Assembly: GCA_031416075.1 (NCBI GenBank)
Contig: JANOSY010000073.1
Location: 3,822-67,821 of the forward strand
Source: Candidatus Tenderia sp.
GTDB lineage: Bacteria; Pseudomonadota; Gammaproteobacteria; Tenderiales; Tenderiaceae
Direction: 5' to 3'
Length of the DNA stretch: 64,000 nt
This document shows, piece after piece, positions 18,693 through 29,641 of the stretch. Position numbers and translations under genes: made by a program. The notes beneath the pieces are model-generated. The model ran no database searches. It was not told the origin of the DNA and saw nothing but the letters and a program-made list of their open reading frames with translations. Every line of letters begins with the position of its first letter. Position 1 is the first letter of the stretch.

Positions 18693-19987
18693 GCCAAGGG
18701 GAAAGGCAGTGCCCTGCACTGTTTATCTCGGCTCCCGCCTCTGGTCAAGGCAAAACCACTGTCACTGCGGCACTGGCGCGCTACCATCGCAACAGAGGAT
18801 GTAAGGTCCGTATCTTTAAAACCGGTCCTGATTTTTTAGATCCGATGATTCTGGAGCAGGCCGCTGGCGCGGCGGTATACCCACTGGATCTCTGGATGGG
18901 CGGCGCTGACCACTGCCGGGCGCTGCTCTATCATGCAGCGGCTGATGCCGATCTGATTCTGATTGAAGGGGTCATGGGGCTGTTTGATGGCTCCTCCTCT
19001 AGTGCGGATCTGGCACGATTTTTTGGCATTCCCGTTATGGCGGTGATCGATGGTTCAGCCATGGCACAAACCTTTGGTGCCTTGGCACACGGCCTTGCTA
19101 CCTATTGTGATGATCTCCCCTTCGCCGGTCTCTTTGCCAACCGGGTTGGCAGTGAAGGCCACTATCAGATGTTGGCCGACAGTGTGCGACCACCGCTTAC
19201 CGCTGTTGGCTGGCTGGCGCATGATGATGAAATCAAACTACCGGAGCGCCACCTCGGTCTGGTGCAGGCAGATGAGGTGGCTGATCTTGAGTCACGTATC
19301 AATCGTGCGGCCGCTGCACTCAACCATGTTCCCGATCAATTGCCACCTGCTGTTACCTTTACCCCTGCCGCTACCCACTCAAACGTCACTCCATCACTAC
19401 AAGGAGTGCAGATTGCCGTGGCCAAGGATGCCGCATTTGCTTTTATCTACCACGCCAATCTTGATCTGTTACGTGCTCACGGTGCCGAGATAACATTTTT
19501 TTCACCCCTGAGTGATACCACACTGCCCGCTGCGGATGCGCTCTATCTGCCCGGCGGTTATCCAGAGTTACACTTAAATACGTTGGCAAGCAATCAACCG
19601 ATGAAAGTGGCAATCACCCAACACCAGATGGAGCAAAAGCCGATCGTTGCCGAGTGTGGCGGTATGCTCTATCTGCTTAACGCACTCACTGCTGTTGATG
19701 GTCAACGGGCGACAATGGTTGGATTATTGCCAGGAGAGGCCACTATGCAAAAGTCGCTCTCCAATATTGGTATGCAGAGTGTGCAACTGCCGGAGGGTGA
19801 GTTGCGTGGCCATACCTTCCACCACTCATCAACAACGTCTGAGATGGTGCCTTTGACCCACTCTTTGCCAGCCCGACATCACGGCAAGCCGGAGGCTGTT
19901 TATCGCAGATCACGGCTGACTGCCTCATATCTGCATCTCTATTTTCCATCCAACCCGGATGCAGCGGTAAAACTGTTTCAACCATGA
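18689..19987 (+). CDS. cbiA: Cobyrinic acid a,c-diamide synthase (CobB/CbiA).
   Basis: N-terminal ATPase ISAPASGQGKTTVTAALAR and a C-terminal glutamine amidotransferase region. 4-nt overlap with cobO. Confidence 0.9.
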   Translation: MSQGERQCPALFISAPASGQGKTTVTAALARYHRNRGCKVRIFKTGPDFLDPMILEQAAGAAVYPLDLWMGGADHCRALLYHAAADADLILIEGVMGLFDGSSSSADLARFFGIPVMAVIDGSAMAQTFGALAHGLATYCDDLPFAGLFANRVGSEGHYQMLADSVRPPLTAVGWLAHDDEIKLPERHLGLVQADEVADLESRINRAAAALNHVPDQLPPAVTFTPAATHSNVTPSLQGVQIAVAKDAAFAFIYHANLDLLRAHGAEITFFSPLSDTTLPAADALYLPGGYPELHLNTLASNQPMKVAITQHQMEQKPIVAECGGMLYLLNALTAVDGQRATMVGLLPGEATMQKSLSNIGMQSVQLPEGELRGHTFHHSSTTSEMVPLTHSLPARHHGKPEAVYRRSRLTASYLHLYFPSNPDAAVKLFQP

Positions 19988-20643
19988 GCCGCTACAGCGA
20001 TGCTGAAATTGCCGCACTCTACCGTGTGATCCGTAAACGACGCGACATGCGCCACTTTCTGCCAGACCCTATCGATCCAGAGATGCTGAACCGACTGTTA
20101 CATGCGGCACACTGTGCGCCCAGTGTTGGACTGATGCAGCCGTGGCGTTTTGTCCGTGTAACTGATCATGCGTTGCGCCAGCAAATACATCAGCTCGTGG
20201 AAGGCGAACGTATTCAAACTTCTACCGCGCTGAATGAGCGTAGCGATGCCTTTATGAAACTCAAGGTTGAAGGCATTTTAGAGTGTGGTGAATTGATTGT
20301 GGCGGCCTTGATGGAGCAGCGAGAGCAGCACATCTTTGGCCGTCGCACATTGCCAGAGATGGATATCGCCTCTGTGGCCTGTGCCATTCAAAACCTCTGG
20401 CTGGCCGCTCGTGCCGAAGATATCGGTATGGGCTGGGTCTCGCTCTTTGATCCTGTTACTTTGGCCACACTACTCAACATGCCAGCAGGGAGTAAACCGG
20501 TGGCCATCCTCTGCATCGGTCATGTAAAACAGTTCTACTCTGCCCCCATGTTAGAACTGGAAGGTTGGGCCAAGGGTCGACCATTGGAAGAGCTGCTTTT
20601 TCATAACAGCTGGGGCAATACTATGACGGAGAGTTCAACATGA
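19984..20643 (+). CDS. bluB: 5,6-dimethylbenzimidazole synthase (BluB, nitroreductase fold).
   Basis: RRDMRHFLPDPIDPEMLNRLLHAAHCAPSVGLMQPWRFVRV matches the BluB/nitroreductase signature. Located in the cob operon. Confidence 0.85.
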   Translation: MSRYSDAEIAALYRVIRKRRDMRHFLPDPIDPEMLNRLLHAAHCAPSVGLMQPWRFVRVTDHALRQQIHQLVEGERIQTSTALNERSDAFMKLKVEGILECGELIVAALMEQREQHIFGRRTLPEMDIASVACAIQNLWLAARAEDIGMGWVSLFDPVTLATLLNMPAGSKPVAILCIGHVKQFYSAPMLELEGWAKGRPLEELLFHNSWGNTMTESST

Positions 20644-21452
20644 CATTTAGCAGTGCCACAGGTCCGCAACGGATTATCTGCCTGACGGAAGAGACCACCG
20701 AAACACTCTATTTATTAGGCGAGCAGGATCGTATTGTTGGCATCTCCGGTTACACAGTGCGCCCCCCGGAGGCGCGCAAAAACAAACCCAAAGTCTCCGC
20801 CTTTACCAGCGCCAAGATAGACAAAATTTTAGCGCTTGAGCCAGATCTGGTATTGGGTTTTTCCGATATGCAGGCGGATATCGCCGCCCAGCTGGTCCGT
20901 GCTGGCGTGCAGGTACACATTTTTAATCAGCGCAGCATTGCCGAAATATTTGAGATGATTTATATGGTGGGGGCCATGGTGGCAGCTCCGGCTAAAACGG
21001 AGCAGCTGATCACTCGATTAAAAACTGAGTTACAACAGATTAAAGAGTCCGCCAATCTCTTGCCACGCCGTCCATTGGTCTATTTTGAAGAGTGGAACGA
21101 TCCACTGATCTCCGGTATTCGCTGGGTATCAGAGCTGATTCATATTGCCGGTGGTAAAGACTGTTTTGCTGATCTGGCTACCTCTGCGGGGGCCAAAGGA
21201 CGCATTATTGCCGATGGCAACGAAGTGGTTCGTCGTGCCCCCGACATCATCATCGGCTCCTGGTGTGGCAAACGGTTTCGGCCCGATGAGATCAGGGCCC
21301 GTGCCGGTTGGCAGGCAATCCCTGCCGTGCGTGATGGTCACATCTACGAAATCAAATCCCCCGACATTCTGCAACCTGGCCCCGCAGCGCTGACTGATGG
21401 TGTGCAGCAGATTCACGCCTATATTCTACAGTGGGCTGCCACTCAGCCGTGA
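20640..21452 (+). CDS. Periplasmic cobalamin-binding protein (BtuF-like, class III SBP).
   Basis: RIICLTEETTETLYLLGEQDRIVGISGYT N-terminal motif typical of BtuF/FecB-type binding proteins. No cognate BtuCD in the window. Confidence 0.7.
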   Translation: MTFSSATGPQRIICLTEETTETLYLLGEQDRIVGISGYTVRPPEARKNKPKVSAFTSAKIDKILALEPDLVLGFSDMQADIAAQLVRAGVQVHIFNQRSIAEIFEMIYMVGAMVAAPAKTEQLITRLKTELQQIKESANLLPRRPLVYFEEWNDPLISGIRWVSELIHIAGGKDCFADLATSAGAKGRIIADGNEVVRRAPDIIIGSWCGKRFRPDEIRARAGWQAIPAVRDGHIYEIKSPDILQPGPAALTDGVQQIHAYILQWAATQP

Positions 21453-22336
21453 TCACTGTGTTCATCGTCATAGCAGCACTACTGCTGGATGCGGCGTTAG
21501 GAGAGCCTCGCCGTTACCACCCACTGGTCGGTTTTGGCCGACTGGCACAGGCGGTTGAACAACGACTCTATGGTGACTCTTTGATACGCGGCGCAGTTGC
21601 AATAACAATATTGCTACTGCCGCTGGTAGTCATCACGATGATGATCTCTATACATTGGTTCGTTGAAGTCATACTGCTCTACCTGGCCCTCGGTTGGAAG
21701 AGCCTGGGTGAACACGCCAACCGTGTTGTTACGGCCTTAGATACCAATGATCTTCCCGCCGCCCGACAACGGGTTGGCGATATGGTGAGCCGCGATACCA
21801 CCACGCTGAATGAGAGTGATGTTGCCAAGGCAACCGTTGAGTCGGTACTGGAAAATGGTAACGATGCCGTCTTTGGTGCCCTCTTCTGGTTTGTGGTGGC
21901 CGGTGCACCTGGTGTGGTTCTGTTTCGCCTCAGCAATACACTTGATGCCATGTGGGGTTATCGTACTCAACGATATCTACGTTTTGGGTGGGCGGCGGCG
22001 CGGCTGGATGATCTTTTAAATTACATCCCGGCACGACTCACAGCACTCAGTTACGCACTGGTAGGCAACTACTCACGTGCCATGCGCTGTTGGCGACATC
22101 AAGGCAGTAGCTGGAAGAGCCCCAATGCCGGCCCGGTAATGGCGGCGGGGGCTGGCAGTATTGACGTACAACTGGGCGGTACAGCCACTTACCAGGGCAC
22201 TCAACAACAACGCCCGCCACTGGGTGAAGGTGATCCCCCCACAACTGAACACATTGGTGCGGCACTGCAACTGATTAAACGTGCCCTGCTCCTCTGGGTA
22301 ATTGTGTTGTTACTGGGCGGTTGGTTTGTCTCTTAA
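21431..22336 (+). CDS. cbiB: Adenosylcobinamide-phosphate synthase (CbiB/CobD).
   Basis: IAALLLDAALGEPRRYHPLVGFGRLA N-terminal motif and a membrane protein of about 300 aa. The start is an alternative GTG codon. Confidence 0.85.
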   Translation: MGCHSAVITVFIVIAALLLDAALGEPRRYHPLVGFGRLAQAVEQRLYGDSLIRGAVAITILLLPLVVITMMISIHWFVEVILLYLALGWKSLGEHANRVVTALDTNDLPAARQRVGDMVSRDTTTLNESDVAKATVESVLENGNDAVFGALFWFVVAGAPGVVLFRLSNTLDAMWGYRTQRYLRFGWAAARLDDLLNYIPARLTALSYALVGNYSRAMRCWRHQGSSWKSPNAGPVMAAGAGSIDVQLGGTATYQGTQQQRPPLGEGDPPTTEHIGAALQLIKRALLLWVIVLLLGGWFVS

Positions 22337-23351
22337 TCTTCAGACAACACCTCCTCATCACGGTGGCAAACTACGTGCTGCTGCTGAACAGTACGCGATT
22401 CCATTAGCAGAGTGGCTTGATCTCTCCACCGCTATCAACCCCAACGGTTGGCCCGTGCCCACTATCCCGGCAGAGTGCTGGGCGCGTCTGCCAGAAGCGT
22501 GCGATGGCCTGGAAGAGGTGGCACGTCTCTACTACGGTGCAACATCCTTACTCACGGTAGCCGGTTCACAAGCCGCCATACAGGCGCTGCCACAACTGCG
22601 CCCCCCTTCACGGGTAGGCCTGCTTGCCCCGGCCTATGCTGAACATGGTTACGTCTGGCAGCGTAGTGGTCATACTGTTGTCTCTTATTCTATAGATGAG
22701 ATAGAACGTGCCGTGGCTACATCTGATGTTCTGATACTCATCAACCCCAACAATCCAACCGGTGTGCGATTTAGCCAGGCGCAGCTGCTTGGCTGGCACA
22801 AAATAGTTGCCCGCCGGGGTGGCTGGTTAATTGTGGATGAGGCCTTTATGGATAGCACCCCTGACGAGAGTCTCTGTCACCATAGCCATCACACCGGTTT
22901 AATTGTTTTACGATCGTTGGGAAAGTTTTTTGGCCTGGCAGGGGCACGCATCGGCTTTGTCTGTGCAGCACCACCACTACTGATGCAACTCAGCCACCTG
23001 CTTGGGCCTTGGGCCACTAACGCCCCGGCCCGTTATGTTGCCACCCTGGCCTTACAAGACAAGGTGTGGCAACAGCAGGCACAACAACAGCTACAGCTGG
23101 CCAGCATACAGATGCAACAACTGTTGCGGGAACACCATCTACCCCCCGCAGGAGGCTGCCCCCTATTTCAATGGATACTCAACCCTGATGCAGAAAAAAT
23201 ACACCAACACCTAGCCAAACAGGCCATTCTCACACGGCTCTTTATCGAACCCATGAGTCTGCGTTTTGGACTACCAAAAAATACCGCTGATTGGCAACGA
23301 CTAGCAATAGCGTTAACCTCGATCCCCGGGTTAAAGCAGCAACAGCGATAA
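22302..23351 (+). CDS. cobD: L-threonine-O-3-phosphate decarboxylase (CobD/CobC, PLP aminotransferase class I/II fold). The start is uncertain: the listed TTG is likely too far upstream.
   Basis: [15 protein letters not shown]...[11 protein letters not shown] near the N-terminus is the conserved CobD opening. PLP-enzyme fold and length. Confidence 0.8.
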   Translation: MCCYWAVGLSLNLQTTPPHHGGKLRAAAEQYAIPLAEWLDLSTAINPNGWPVPTIPAECWARLPEACDGLEEVARLYYGATSLLTVAGSQAAIQALPQLRPPSRVGLLAPAYAEHGYVWQRSGHTVVSYSIDEIERAVATSDVLILINPNNPTGVRFSQAQLLGWHKIVARRGGWLIVDEAFMDSTPDESLCHHSHHTGLIVLRSLGKFFGLAGARIGFVCAAPPLLMQLSHLLGPWATNAPARYVATLALQDKVWQQQAQQQLQLASIQMQQLLREHHLPPAGGCPLFQWILNPDAEKIHQHLAKQAILTRLFIEPMSLRFGLPKNTADWQRLAIALTSIPGLKQQQR

Positions 23352-23365
23352 ACAGAAGAGATAAT

Positions 23366-24430
23366 ATGAACAGACCCACCGAGATCGAATGGCTTAATAT
23401 TCCCGTCGCCACACCTAACAGCACCACCCAACGGGCAGCCGAAGCACGCCAGGCAGTACTGACTAAACCGCCAGGGGCGTTGGGTCGCCTGGAGGAGATC
23501 GCCATTCGTCTTGCTGCACTGCAAGGGACCACCACACCCAGTGTTGAGCAGATACAGATTACCGTTTTTGCCGGAGATCATGGCATCGCTGCAGAGGGTG
23601 TCTCTGCCTTTCCCCAGGCAGTCACCGCTGAAATGGTTAAAAACTTTGCCCGTGGCGGCGCCGCCATCAGCGTTGCTGCCCGCAAACTCGGTGCAGCGCT
23701 GGAGGTAATTAACCTCGGCACCGCATTTGATACAGGACCACTGGAGGGGGTAAAAAATTATGCACTTGGCCCCGGCACAGCTAACTTCGCCGTTGAAGCC
23801 GCCATGAGCGAACATCAACTGGCCTGTGCACTGGCCGCTGGCCGCCACGCTGTCGAACGGGCCAAGCTCAACGGTGCGCAGCTTTTTATCGGTGGTGAGA
23901 TGGGCATCGCCAATACCAGCGCAGCCACCGCACTCGCCAGCCTGCTACTGAATATCGCCCCAACACAACTCACAGGACCAGGCACAGGGCTAGATGCTAC
24001 CGGCGTCACCCACAAAGCAGCAGTCATTGAAGCTGCATTAGCGCTGCATAAACCGTATATCCAGTCACCACTGGAGGGACTGCGTAGAGTGGGTGGATTT
24101 GAAATCGCCGCACTTGCCGGGGCCTACATCAGCTGTGGCCACATAGGCATCCCTGTATTGGTGGATGGTTTTATCAGCAGCAGCGCAGCACTTGTCGCAA
24201 GCCAGCTCTGCCCCGCTGTAAAGGAGTGGCTACTCTACTCCCACACCTCTGCGGAACCGGGACATCGATTAATTTTAGAATCACTCGACGCCCTCCCACT
24301 ACTCGATCTTGGCATGCGGTTAGGTGAAGGCAGTGGTGCAGCCATTGCAGTACCATTACTACGCATGGCCTGTGATCTACATAATGAGATGGCAACCTTT
24401 GCCGAAGCAGCAGTGTCAGAAAAGTCCTGA
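23366..24430 (+). CDS. cobT: Nicotinate-nucleotide--dimethylbenzimidazole phosphoribosyltransferase.
   Basis: [34 protein letters not shown] and [11 protein letters not shown] motifs. ATG at 23366, in frame with the listed 23291 ORF. Confidence 0.9.
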   Translation: MNRPTEIEWLNIPVATPNSTTQRAAEARQAVLTKPPGALGRLEEIAIRLAALQGTTTPSVEQIQITVFAGDHGIAAEGVSAFPQAVTAEMVKNFARGGAAISVAARKLGAALEVINLGTAFDTGPLEGVKNYALGPGTANFAVEAAMSEHQLACALAAGRHAVERAKLNGAQLFIGGEMGIANTSAATALASLLLNIAPTQLTGPGTGLDATGVTHKAAVIEAALALHKPYIQSPLEGLRRVGGFEIAALAGAYISCGHIGIPVLVDGFISSSAALVASQLCPAVKEWLLYSHTSAEPGHRLILESLDALPLLDLGMRLGEGSGAAIAVPLLRMACDLHNEMATFAEAAVSEKS

Positions 24431-24448
24431 TACGTTAAACGAGCTAAA

Positions 24449-24486
24449 ACCGCCACAACCCTATAGATAATCGGTGCCGTGGCGGT
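24449..24486. terminator. Putative bidirectional terminator hairpin between the convergent cobT and outer-membrane-protein genes.
   Basis: ACCGCCAC (24449..24456) pairs with GTGGCGGT (24479..24486), an 8-bp GC-rich stem. The loop is long, so the structure is only moderately convincing. Confidence 0.3.
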
Positions 24487-24500
24487 GTAAACGGTAATAG

Positions 24501-25037
24501 TTAGAACTGAAAAATCCCGTTCAGCGAGAACATGTCGATGTTGGTATCAGAGACATCCTGGTAACGATCCCAGCCGCCACGCACAGAGAAATTACTCCCC
24601 ATGATCACCTTCATACCCAAACCGATCGTCAGGCTGGTACCGCTATCACCTGTTGTCAGATTGTCATCCAGATCCCAGTTATAAAAGCCAAAACTACCAT
24701 AACCGTTCAAACCCTTACTGAGAAACAGCTCACCAATTGCGTTCAGCTGAACACCATCAACAGAGTAGTTGTTAATGCTGTTCTGTTTAAATCGACCAAG
24801 ATTGACGTAGGCCAACTCCATACCAAACCCTTCCGCATTGGCACCAACAAAAAACTTTGAGCTGCCTGCATTATCGTAACCACTACGATCAGTACTGGCA
24901 CTACCCAGGCCACCCCCCAGATAAACGGTTGGCTCGGCTGCGGCAACAGAAGCACCAACAGTAAATAGGGTTAATAGTAACGTGGACTTTAATGTTAGTT
25001 GTTTCACACACATCTCCTTCAGCACAATTTTAGCCAC
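24501..25037 (-). CDS. Small outer-membrane beta-barrel protein (OmpA-like N-terminal barrel / OmpW/opacity-type porin family).
   Basis: Signal peptide ...LLLTLFTVGASVAAA. Short alternating strands and C-terminal ...LNGIFQF. Confidence 0.6.
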   Translation of the reverse strand: MAKIVLKEMCVKQLTLKSTLLLTLFTVGASVAAAEPTVYLGGGLGSASTDRSGYDNAGSSKFFVGANAEGFGMELAYVNLGRFKQNSINNYSVDGVQLNAIGELFLSKGLNGYGSFGFYNWDLDDNLTTGDSGTSLTIGLGMKVIMGSNFSVRGGWDRYQDVSDTNIDMFSLNGIFQF

Positions 25038-25153
25038 AAAAATCGTATCATACCAAAGTATCAGGTGTGTAACAGCGGTTATTAATATCGGTAGTCAGGG
25101 GGTATAGCAGAGAGAAAATTCACCATTTGAACCAATTTTATAATCGAAATCAG

Positions 25154-26128
25154 CTACGAGGACACCTCAATAACACAGTTCCTACCACATTTTTTAGCCT
25201 TGTATAGCGCTTGATCGACACGTTCCATCAACAGAGAACCCACCTCACCATCTTCAGGAAAAGTAGCAACCCCCATGCTAACACTAACGCGCCCGAGTGG
25301 CTGTGCATCGCCTCCCTTGAAATCCGTAGACTCGATCAGCTTTCGTAAATTTTCCGCCACAATAATAGCGCCCTGCTTTGGGGTTTCCGGTAATAAAAGT
25401 ACAAACTCCTCACCTCCATAACGGCAAGCAAGATCTGCATGACGTAAACGTTCTTGCATCAACTGACTAAGATGTATCAACAGGGCATCTCCATCAGGAT
25501 GGCCGTGTGTATCATTGTATATTTTGAAGTTATCAACATCGATAAAAATCAATGAAAATTCTCGCTTATGGCGGAATGAACGAGCAACCTCCACTTCCAG
25601 GCTATCTTTAAAGTGACGATAGTTGTAAAGCCCCGTCAACCCATCACGAACTACCTTTTCACACAGCTCTACATTAAACTCAGAGAGTGCTTCGTTGTTA
25701 TTTTTAAGTTCCTGTAACAGCACCCGATTACCAACAAGCTCACTGCGTTTTTCCAACCCCCTCTTAACAACAGACGAGATATCCTCAAGTTCATTAAACG
25801 GTTTTACCAGATAATCAAAAGCTCCCTGCCGCAATGCAGAGACCGCCGATTCAAGTGAGGCATGGCTGGTAATAATAACGACCTGAACATCATCACTTAA
25901 CTCCCGGAGTCTATTCAGTAACTCAAGGCCGCTCATACCTTCCATCCGGACATCTGTAATAACCAAGGGAAAGGGTTCATTTATAAATAGAGCCATTGCC
26001 TCTTCGGCACTCTCTGCCGTGGTCACATCATAGTTATCATCCGTCAGAACCTCCGCAATCAGATTGCGTAGACTCATCTCATCATCCACCACTAAAATAC
26101 GGGACCCACAACTCATGATTAACCTCAA
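25154..26128 (-). CDS. Response regulator with a REC domain fused to a GGDEF diguanylate cyclase (PleD/WspR-like).
   Basis: REC: RILVVDDEMSLRNLIAEVL...ITDVRMEGMSG. GGDEF: GLTGLYNYRHF...RYGGEEFVLLLPET with an intact GGEEF active site. Confidence 0.85.
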   Translation of the reverse strand: MRLIMSCGSRILVVDDEMSLRNLIAEVLTDDNYDVTTAESAEEAMALFINEPFPLVITDVRMEGMSGLELLNRLRELSDDVQVVIITSHASLESAVSALRQGAFDYLVKPFNELEDISSVVKRGLEKRSELVGNRVLLQELKNNNEALSEFNVELCEKVVRDGLTGLYNYRHFKDSLEVEVARSFRHKREFSLIFIDVDNFKIYNDTHGHPDGDALLIHLSQLMQERLRHADLACRYGGEEFVLLLPETPKQGAIIVAENLRKLIESTDFKGGDAQPLGRVSVSMGVATFPEDGEVGSLLMERVDQALYKAKKCGRNCVIEVSS

Positions 26129-26219
26129 CGCATCTATCGTTTTTATTATAAAACTCTAATAAAAACAAATCCCCTCACCTACAAGGTTTTCGGCAACATC
26201 GGCAAAGCCTTAAGCCACA

Positions 26220-28061
26220 TTAAGCAGTAACACTCTCACCCAGATAAACAGACTGCTCATCATACGCTGGAAGAGTCACTATAAAAGCGGCCCCTTTACC
26301 GGGTTCACTCTCAATCTCCACCGTACCTTGATGATCTCTAATGATGCCAAACGTGACAGAAAGTCCCAACCCAGTCCCTTTGCCTGCTGCCTTAGTGGTG
26401 AAAAAAGGCTCAAACACACGTGCTTTCACCTCATCGGTCATGCCAGGCCCACTATCAGCGACACGGACTTCCACCCTACCTGAAACCAACAGACAACTGC
26501 TTATTCTCACTTCACCCGGCACACCATCCATAGCCTGTTGAGCGTTAATCATAAAGTTAATTAATGCCTGCTTTATCTGGTTACCATCGGCATAAATTTC
26601 CGGCACCTGATTATCCAGCACCTTCACTATTTTTACCTGATTAACACTTAACTGGTGATCGACTATGGCAATAGTCTCCTCAATAATCAGGTTAACATCG
26701 GTTGGTTCTTTCTTAACATCCTCTTTGCGAGCAAATTTCATCAAATTTTCGATAATATCTTTACAGCGTTTTGTCTCTTTTTCTATAACAACAAGGTTGT
26801 TATATACTGGGCCATCTTTTTCGACCTTACGCTTTGAAAGCTGTGCATAGCCAAGGATTCCCGCCAGTGGATTTTTTATTTCGTGGGCAATACCTGCCCC
26901 CAGCTGGCCAAAAGCGGCCATTTTTTCAGATTGAACAAGGGCAGATTGTGCCGATTCCAAAGCCACTTCACGACTATGCAACTCCGTCGTCATAGTATTA
27001 AATGAACTAGCCAGAGCACCTAATTCATCCCGTGACTCCACATCAAGTCGTATATCAAATCCACCTTGCCCAACTGCCTTGGCCGCTTCGGATAGTCGTT
27101 CAATCGGTCTGGTAATACGTTGTGCCCATATAATCCCTAACAACGCAGCAAGAATTAGCAGCCCTAACGCAACCCAAAGAAGGTTTCCCAGCAGTTCTCG
27201 TGCCGTCAGATATGCAGCACTTTTAGGCACTTGAACGCCCGCTATCAGCGAACCATGTTTGACACGGGCACGGGCATATCCGGCAACAACCGGCTCCCCT
27301 TTTACCACATACTCCACTATGGTGGCAGTACTCTGCATATCTGTCAGAACCTTCAGTTTTTCACGAGCCTCTAGTGGTATCCAATCTACTATAGTGTGTG
27401 CCACAATCAGATTCAGATCTTTATGTGCCAAAATGGAACCCTTATTATCCATTAAAAAAGTCTCAAAAACTGAAGATCGATTCACTACATTTAATAGCCT
27501 TTCCATGCGAACCATGGCAGAGACAATATGGGAATTACCCGTTTCAGGTGATTTTATTAATATGGCAATAGTTAATGTGGGTAGCGATTCATTTAGAGTC
27601 GAGTTAACTATGTAGCCCTCTTCATCAATAACCTTATCACCAGGCAAGGGGTTAGATTGACGATAATTGGATAATTCTTCTCTACTTAATCCAGCCTTTG
27701 TTAAAGAATCACTATCATAAATGGTTACCTGCTCTTTACCATTCTCATAAAGCGAAACTGAAACAAATTCCCCAATATCCTCAAATAGCCGCTGCAAAAG
27801 AATATTTTTCTCATTCTGTGGCAAACCAGAATCGATCATTATTCTTGAAAACAGACTCAACTTCTCTTCATACCCAAGATGCAAAGAGTAAGACTCTTCA
27901 GCTACATGCTGAGCAATAATAGAGGTCATATCATAAATGTAGGTTGTTTTATCAGTATGAAATAGGGCAGCCATCGTATACGTTATGATGCTCACAACCA
28001 GTGTAATCACTAGTAGCAATATACTCATCAATTTAAATCTGATGGGAAAACGTAAGTTCAC
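26220..28061 (-). CDS. Sensor histidine kinase with an N-terminal TM segment, a periplasmic Cache-like sensor, a second TM/HAMP region, HisKA and HATPase_c domains.
   Basis: H-box AGIAHEIKNPLAGILGYAQL and G-boxes DSGPGM / GKGTGLGLS. Two hydrophobic segments flank about 280 aa. Its start overlaps the FecR-like gene stop by 1 nt. Confidence 0.85.
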   Translation of the reverse strand: MNLRFPIRFKLMSILLLVITLVVSIITYTMAALFHTDKTTYIYDMTSIIAQHVAEESYSLHLGYEEKLSLFSRIMIDSGLPQNEKNILLQRLFEDIGEFVSVSLYENGKEQVTIYDSDSLTKAGLSREELSNYRQSNPLPGDKVIDEEGYIVNSTLNESLPTLTIAILIKSPETGNSHIVSAMVRMERLLNVVNRSSVFETFLMDNKGSILAHKDLNLIVAHTIVDWIPLEAREKLKVLTDMQSTATIVEYVVKGEPVVAGYARARVKHGSLIAGVQVPKSAAYLTARELLGNLLWVALGLLILAALLGIIWAQRITRPIERLSEAAKAVGQGGFDIRLDVESRDELGALASSFNTMTTELHSREVALESAQSALVQSEKMAAFGQLGAGIAHEIKNPLAGILGYAQLSKRKVEKDGPVYNNLVVIEKETKRCKDIIENLMKFARKEDVKKEPTDVNLIIEETIAIVDHQLSVNQVKIVKVLDNQVPEIYADGNQIKQALINFMINAQQAMDGVPGEVRISSCLLVSGRVEVRVADSGPGMTDEVKARVFEPFFTTKAAGKGTGLGLSVTFGIIRDHQGTVEIESEPGKGAAFIVTLPAYDEQSVYLGESVTA

Positions 28062-29353
28062 TAAAATTTTCCGTAAACCATTTTCGAATTATATGTTACG
28101 TTTCCGGCCATATCAACAGCTTCAACAACCAATATATTTATCCCCTGTTGCAATGTTAAAGCTTTAGAAAAAGTTCCATCACCTGCTATCGATATAGGTT
28201 CCCCTGTCACAAAAATATTGACACCAGGCTCACTTACACCCGTCAATATAAAATCAGAATTATTGATTATCTTATTAGGGAAATTAACCTTTAATAGTGG
28301 AGGAACTTTGTCCTGAATAACGCTTATTTGTCCAGTTTTACTATATGGTCCGTGCACCCATGAATGGGATGCATTAACTCGCCAGAAATAATCCCCTATG
28401 TATAAATTTCCCAAACTAAAATTGTTTGACATGACAACATCATCAACTATCAAAATATTAAAATCTTTATCTTTCGATATTTGGATACGATAATTATCTG
28501 ATTGTTTTACATTCTTCCATTTAAAATAAATTTTTGTGGGTAAGTCACGATAATAAAAAATGGATTTATGAGATGGGCTATCTAGTTTAACCTCTGGAGG
28601 TAACTCTTCTGAGTTCCGCATAGGAACACCGTCTTTCGCTGTTATGGACTGATTTTCAGTCACCACAACCCGCTGTCCCATAGAGGTGAATTCTGCTGTT
28701 CCAGAGTAGACAGTTAACGTTGATGATTTATCAGGATTCACTTTTATTGTAAATTCGGCCACTTCTCCCTCACCAGAAACGGCAGCCACTGCATTTGAGG
28801 TGGCCACTTCAACCCGCAATCCCTGTTTATTTGATCCGCTAATAGTGCCACTCAGCTCACCATCAACAACTATGATCTGAGAACGCCTCTCATTACGGAA
28901 CATACCCTTTTCCAGATGCTGAACGATAATCAGTGAATTTTCGCCAATAGAGAGGCGGTTACTTTTATCAAAAACAATATTTGCTCCTGATCCACGGAAA
29001 GTTTGTATTGCATCCTGATCAAACAGAGGAGTGCCTGAATCAACACTTTCCCATGCCATCCCACCAGCGGGTTTCCGTTTAACTGTCTGTTTTGTTCTAT
29101 CCAATACAGCCGTCAACCCCTTAATATCAAGCAGTCCTGCCTCATAGTCCCCCACACTGACAACCATATTGCGCTTTCCAACTTCATCTTTTTTATGGTC
29201 TTTGTTGAGAATTCCAATCAAACCACTACCAGTAGGAAAAACATTATTAATCAACATCATAATAATGCCAAATGCAATAAGGACCAAAATCAAGGCAATT
29301 AATACCTCGACTATACGAACAGATACAGACATTGAGTTTGTTTTTTCTGTCAC
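28061..29353 (-). CDS. Membrane-anchored FecR-domain protein with a C-terminal Ig-like region, a putative periplasmic signal-transducing or surface-associated partner.
   Basis: N-terminal TM VRIVEVLIALILVLIAFGIIMMLI, a central beta-rich region resembling FecR, and a C-terminal Ig-like stretch. Overlaps the histidine kinase start. Confidence 0.45.
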   Translation of the reverse strand: MTEKTNSMSVSVRIVEVLIALILVLIAFGIIMMLINNVFPTGSGLIGILNKDHKKDEVGKRNMVVSVGDYEAGLLDIKGLTAVLDRTKQTVKRKPAGGMAWESVDSGTPLFDQDAIQTFRGSGANIVFDKSNRLSIGENSLIIVQHLEKGMFRNERRSQIIVVDGELSGTISGSNKQGLRVEVATSNAVAAVSGEGEVAEFTIKVNPDKSSTLTVYSGTAEFTSMGQRVVVTENQSITAKDGVPMRNSEELPPEVKLDSPSHKSIFYYRDLPTKIYFKWKNVKQSDNYRIQISKDKDFNILIVDDVVMSNNFSLGNLYIGDYFWRVNASHSWVHGPYSKTGQISVIQDKVPPLLKVNFPNKIINNSDFILTGVSEPGVNIFVTGEPISIAGDGTFSKALTLQQGINILVVEAVDMAGNVTYNSKMVYGKF

Positions 29354-29641
29354 GGGTCATAGTTACAGCCCAATCATATATTCAGGCTGATCCCCCCTGT
29401 AAAATAGATAAAACCAATAAGAGCTTATGGTATGTATCGGCATTGGAAGGCCAGCCATGAACACAGGATTACAATAATTCACAACTAACTAAGTATGGAT
29501 GGAGTATTGTTTATAAAATAGTACGGATATTATGAATAGAAAATATTTAATCTTTAATAGCCAAAAACTTCACTGAAAAAATTATATTCTTAAATGCAAA
29601 TTAAGTCACCACCGGAAAATCCGGGGGACTGCCTTATTTAT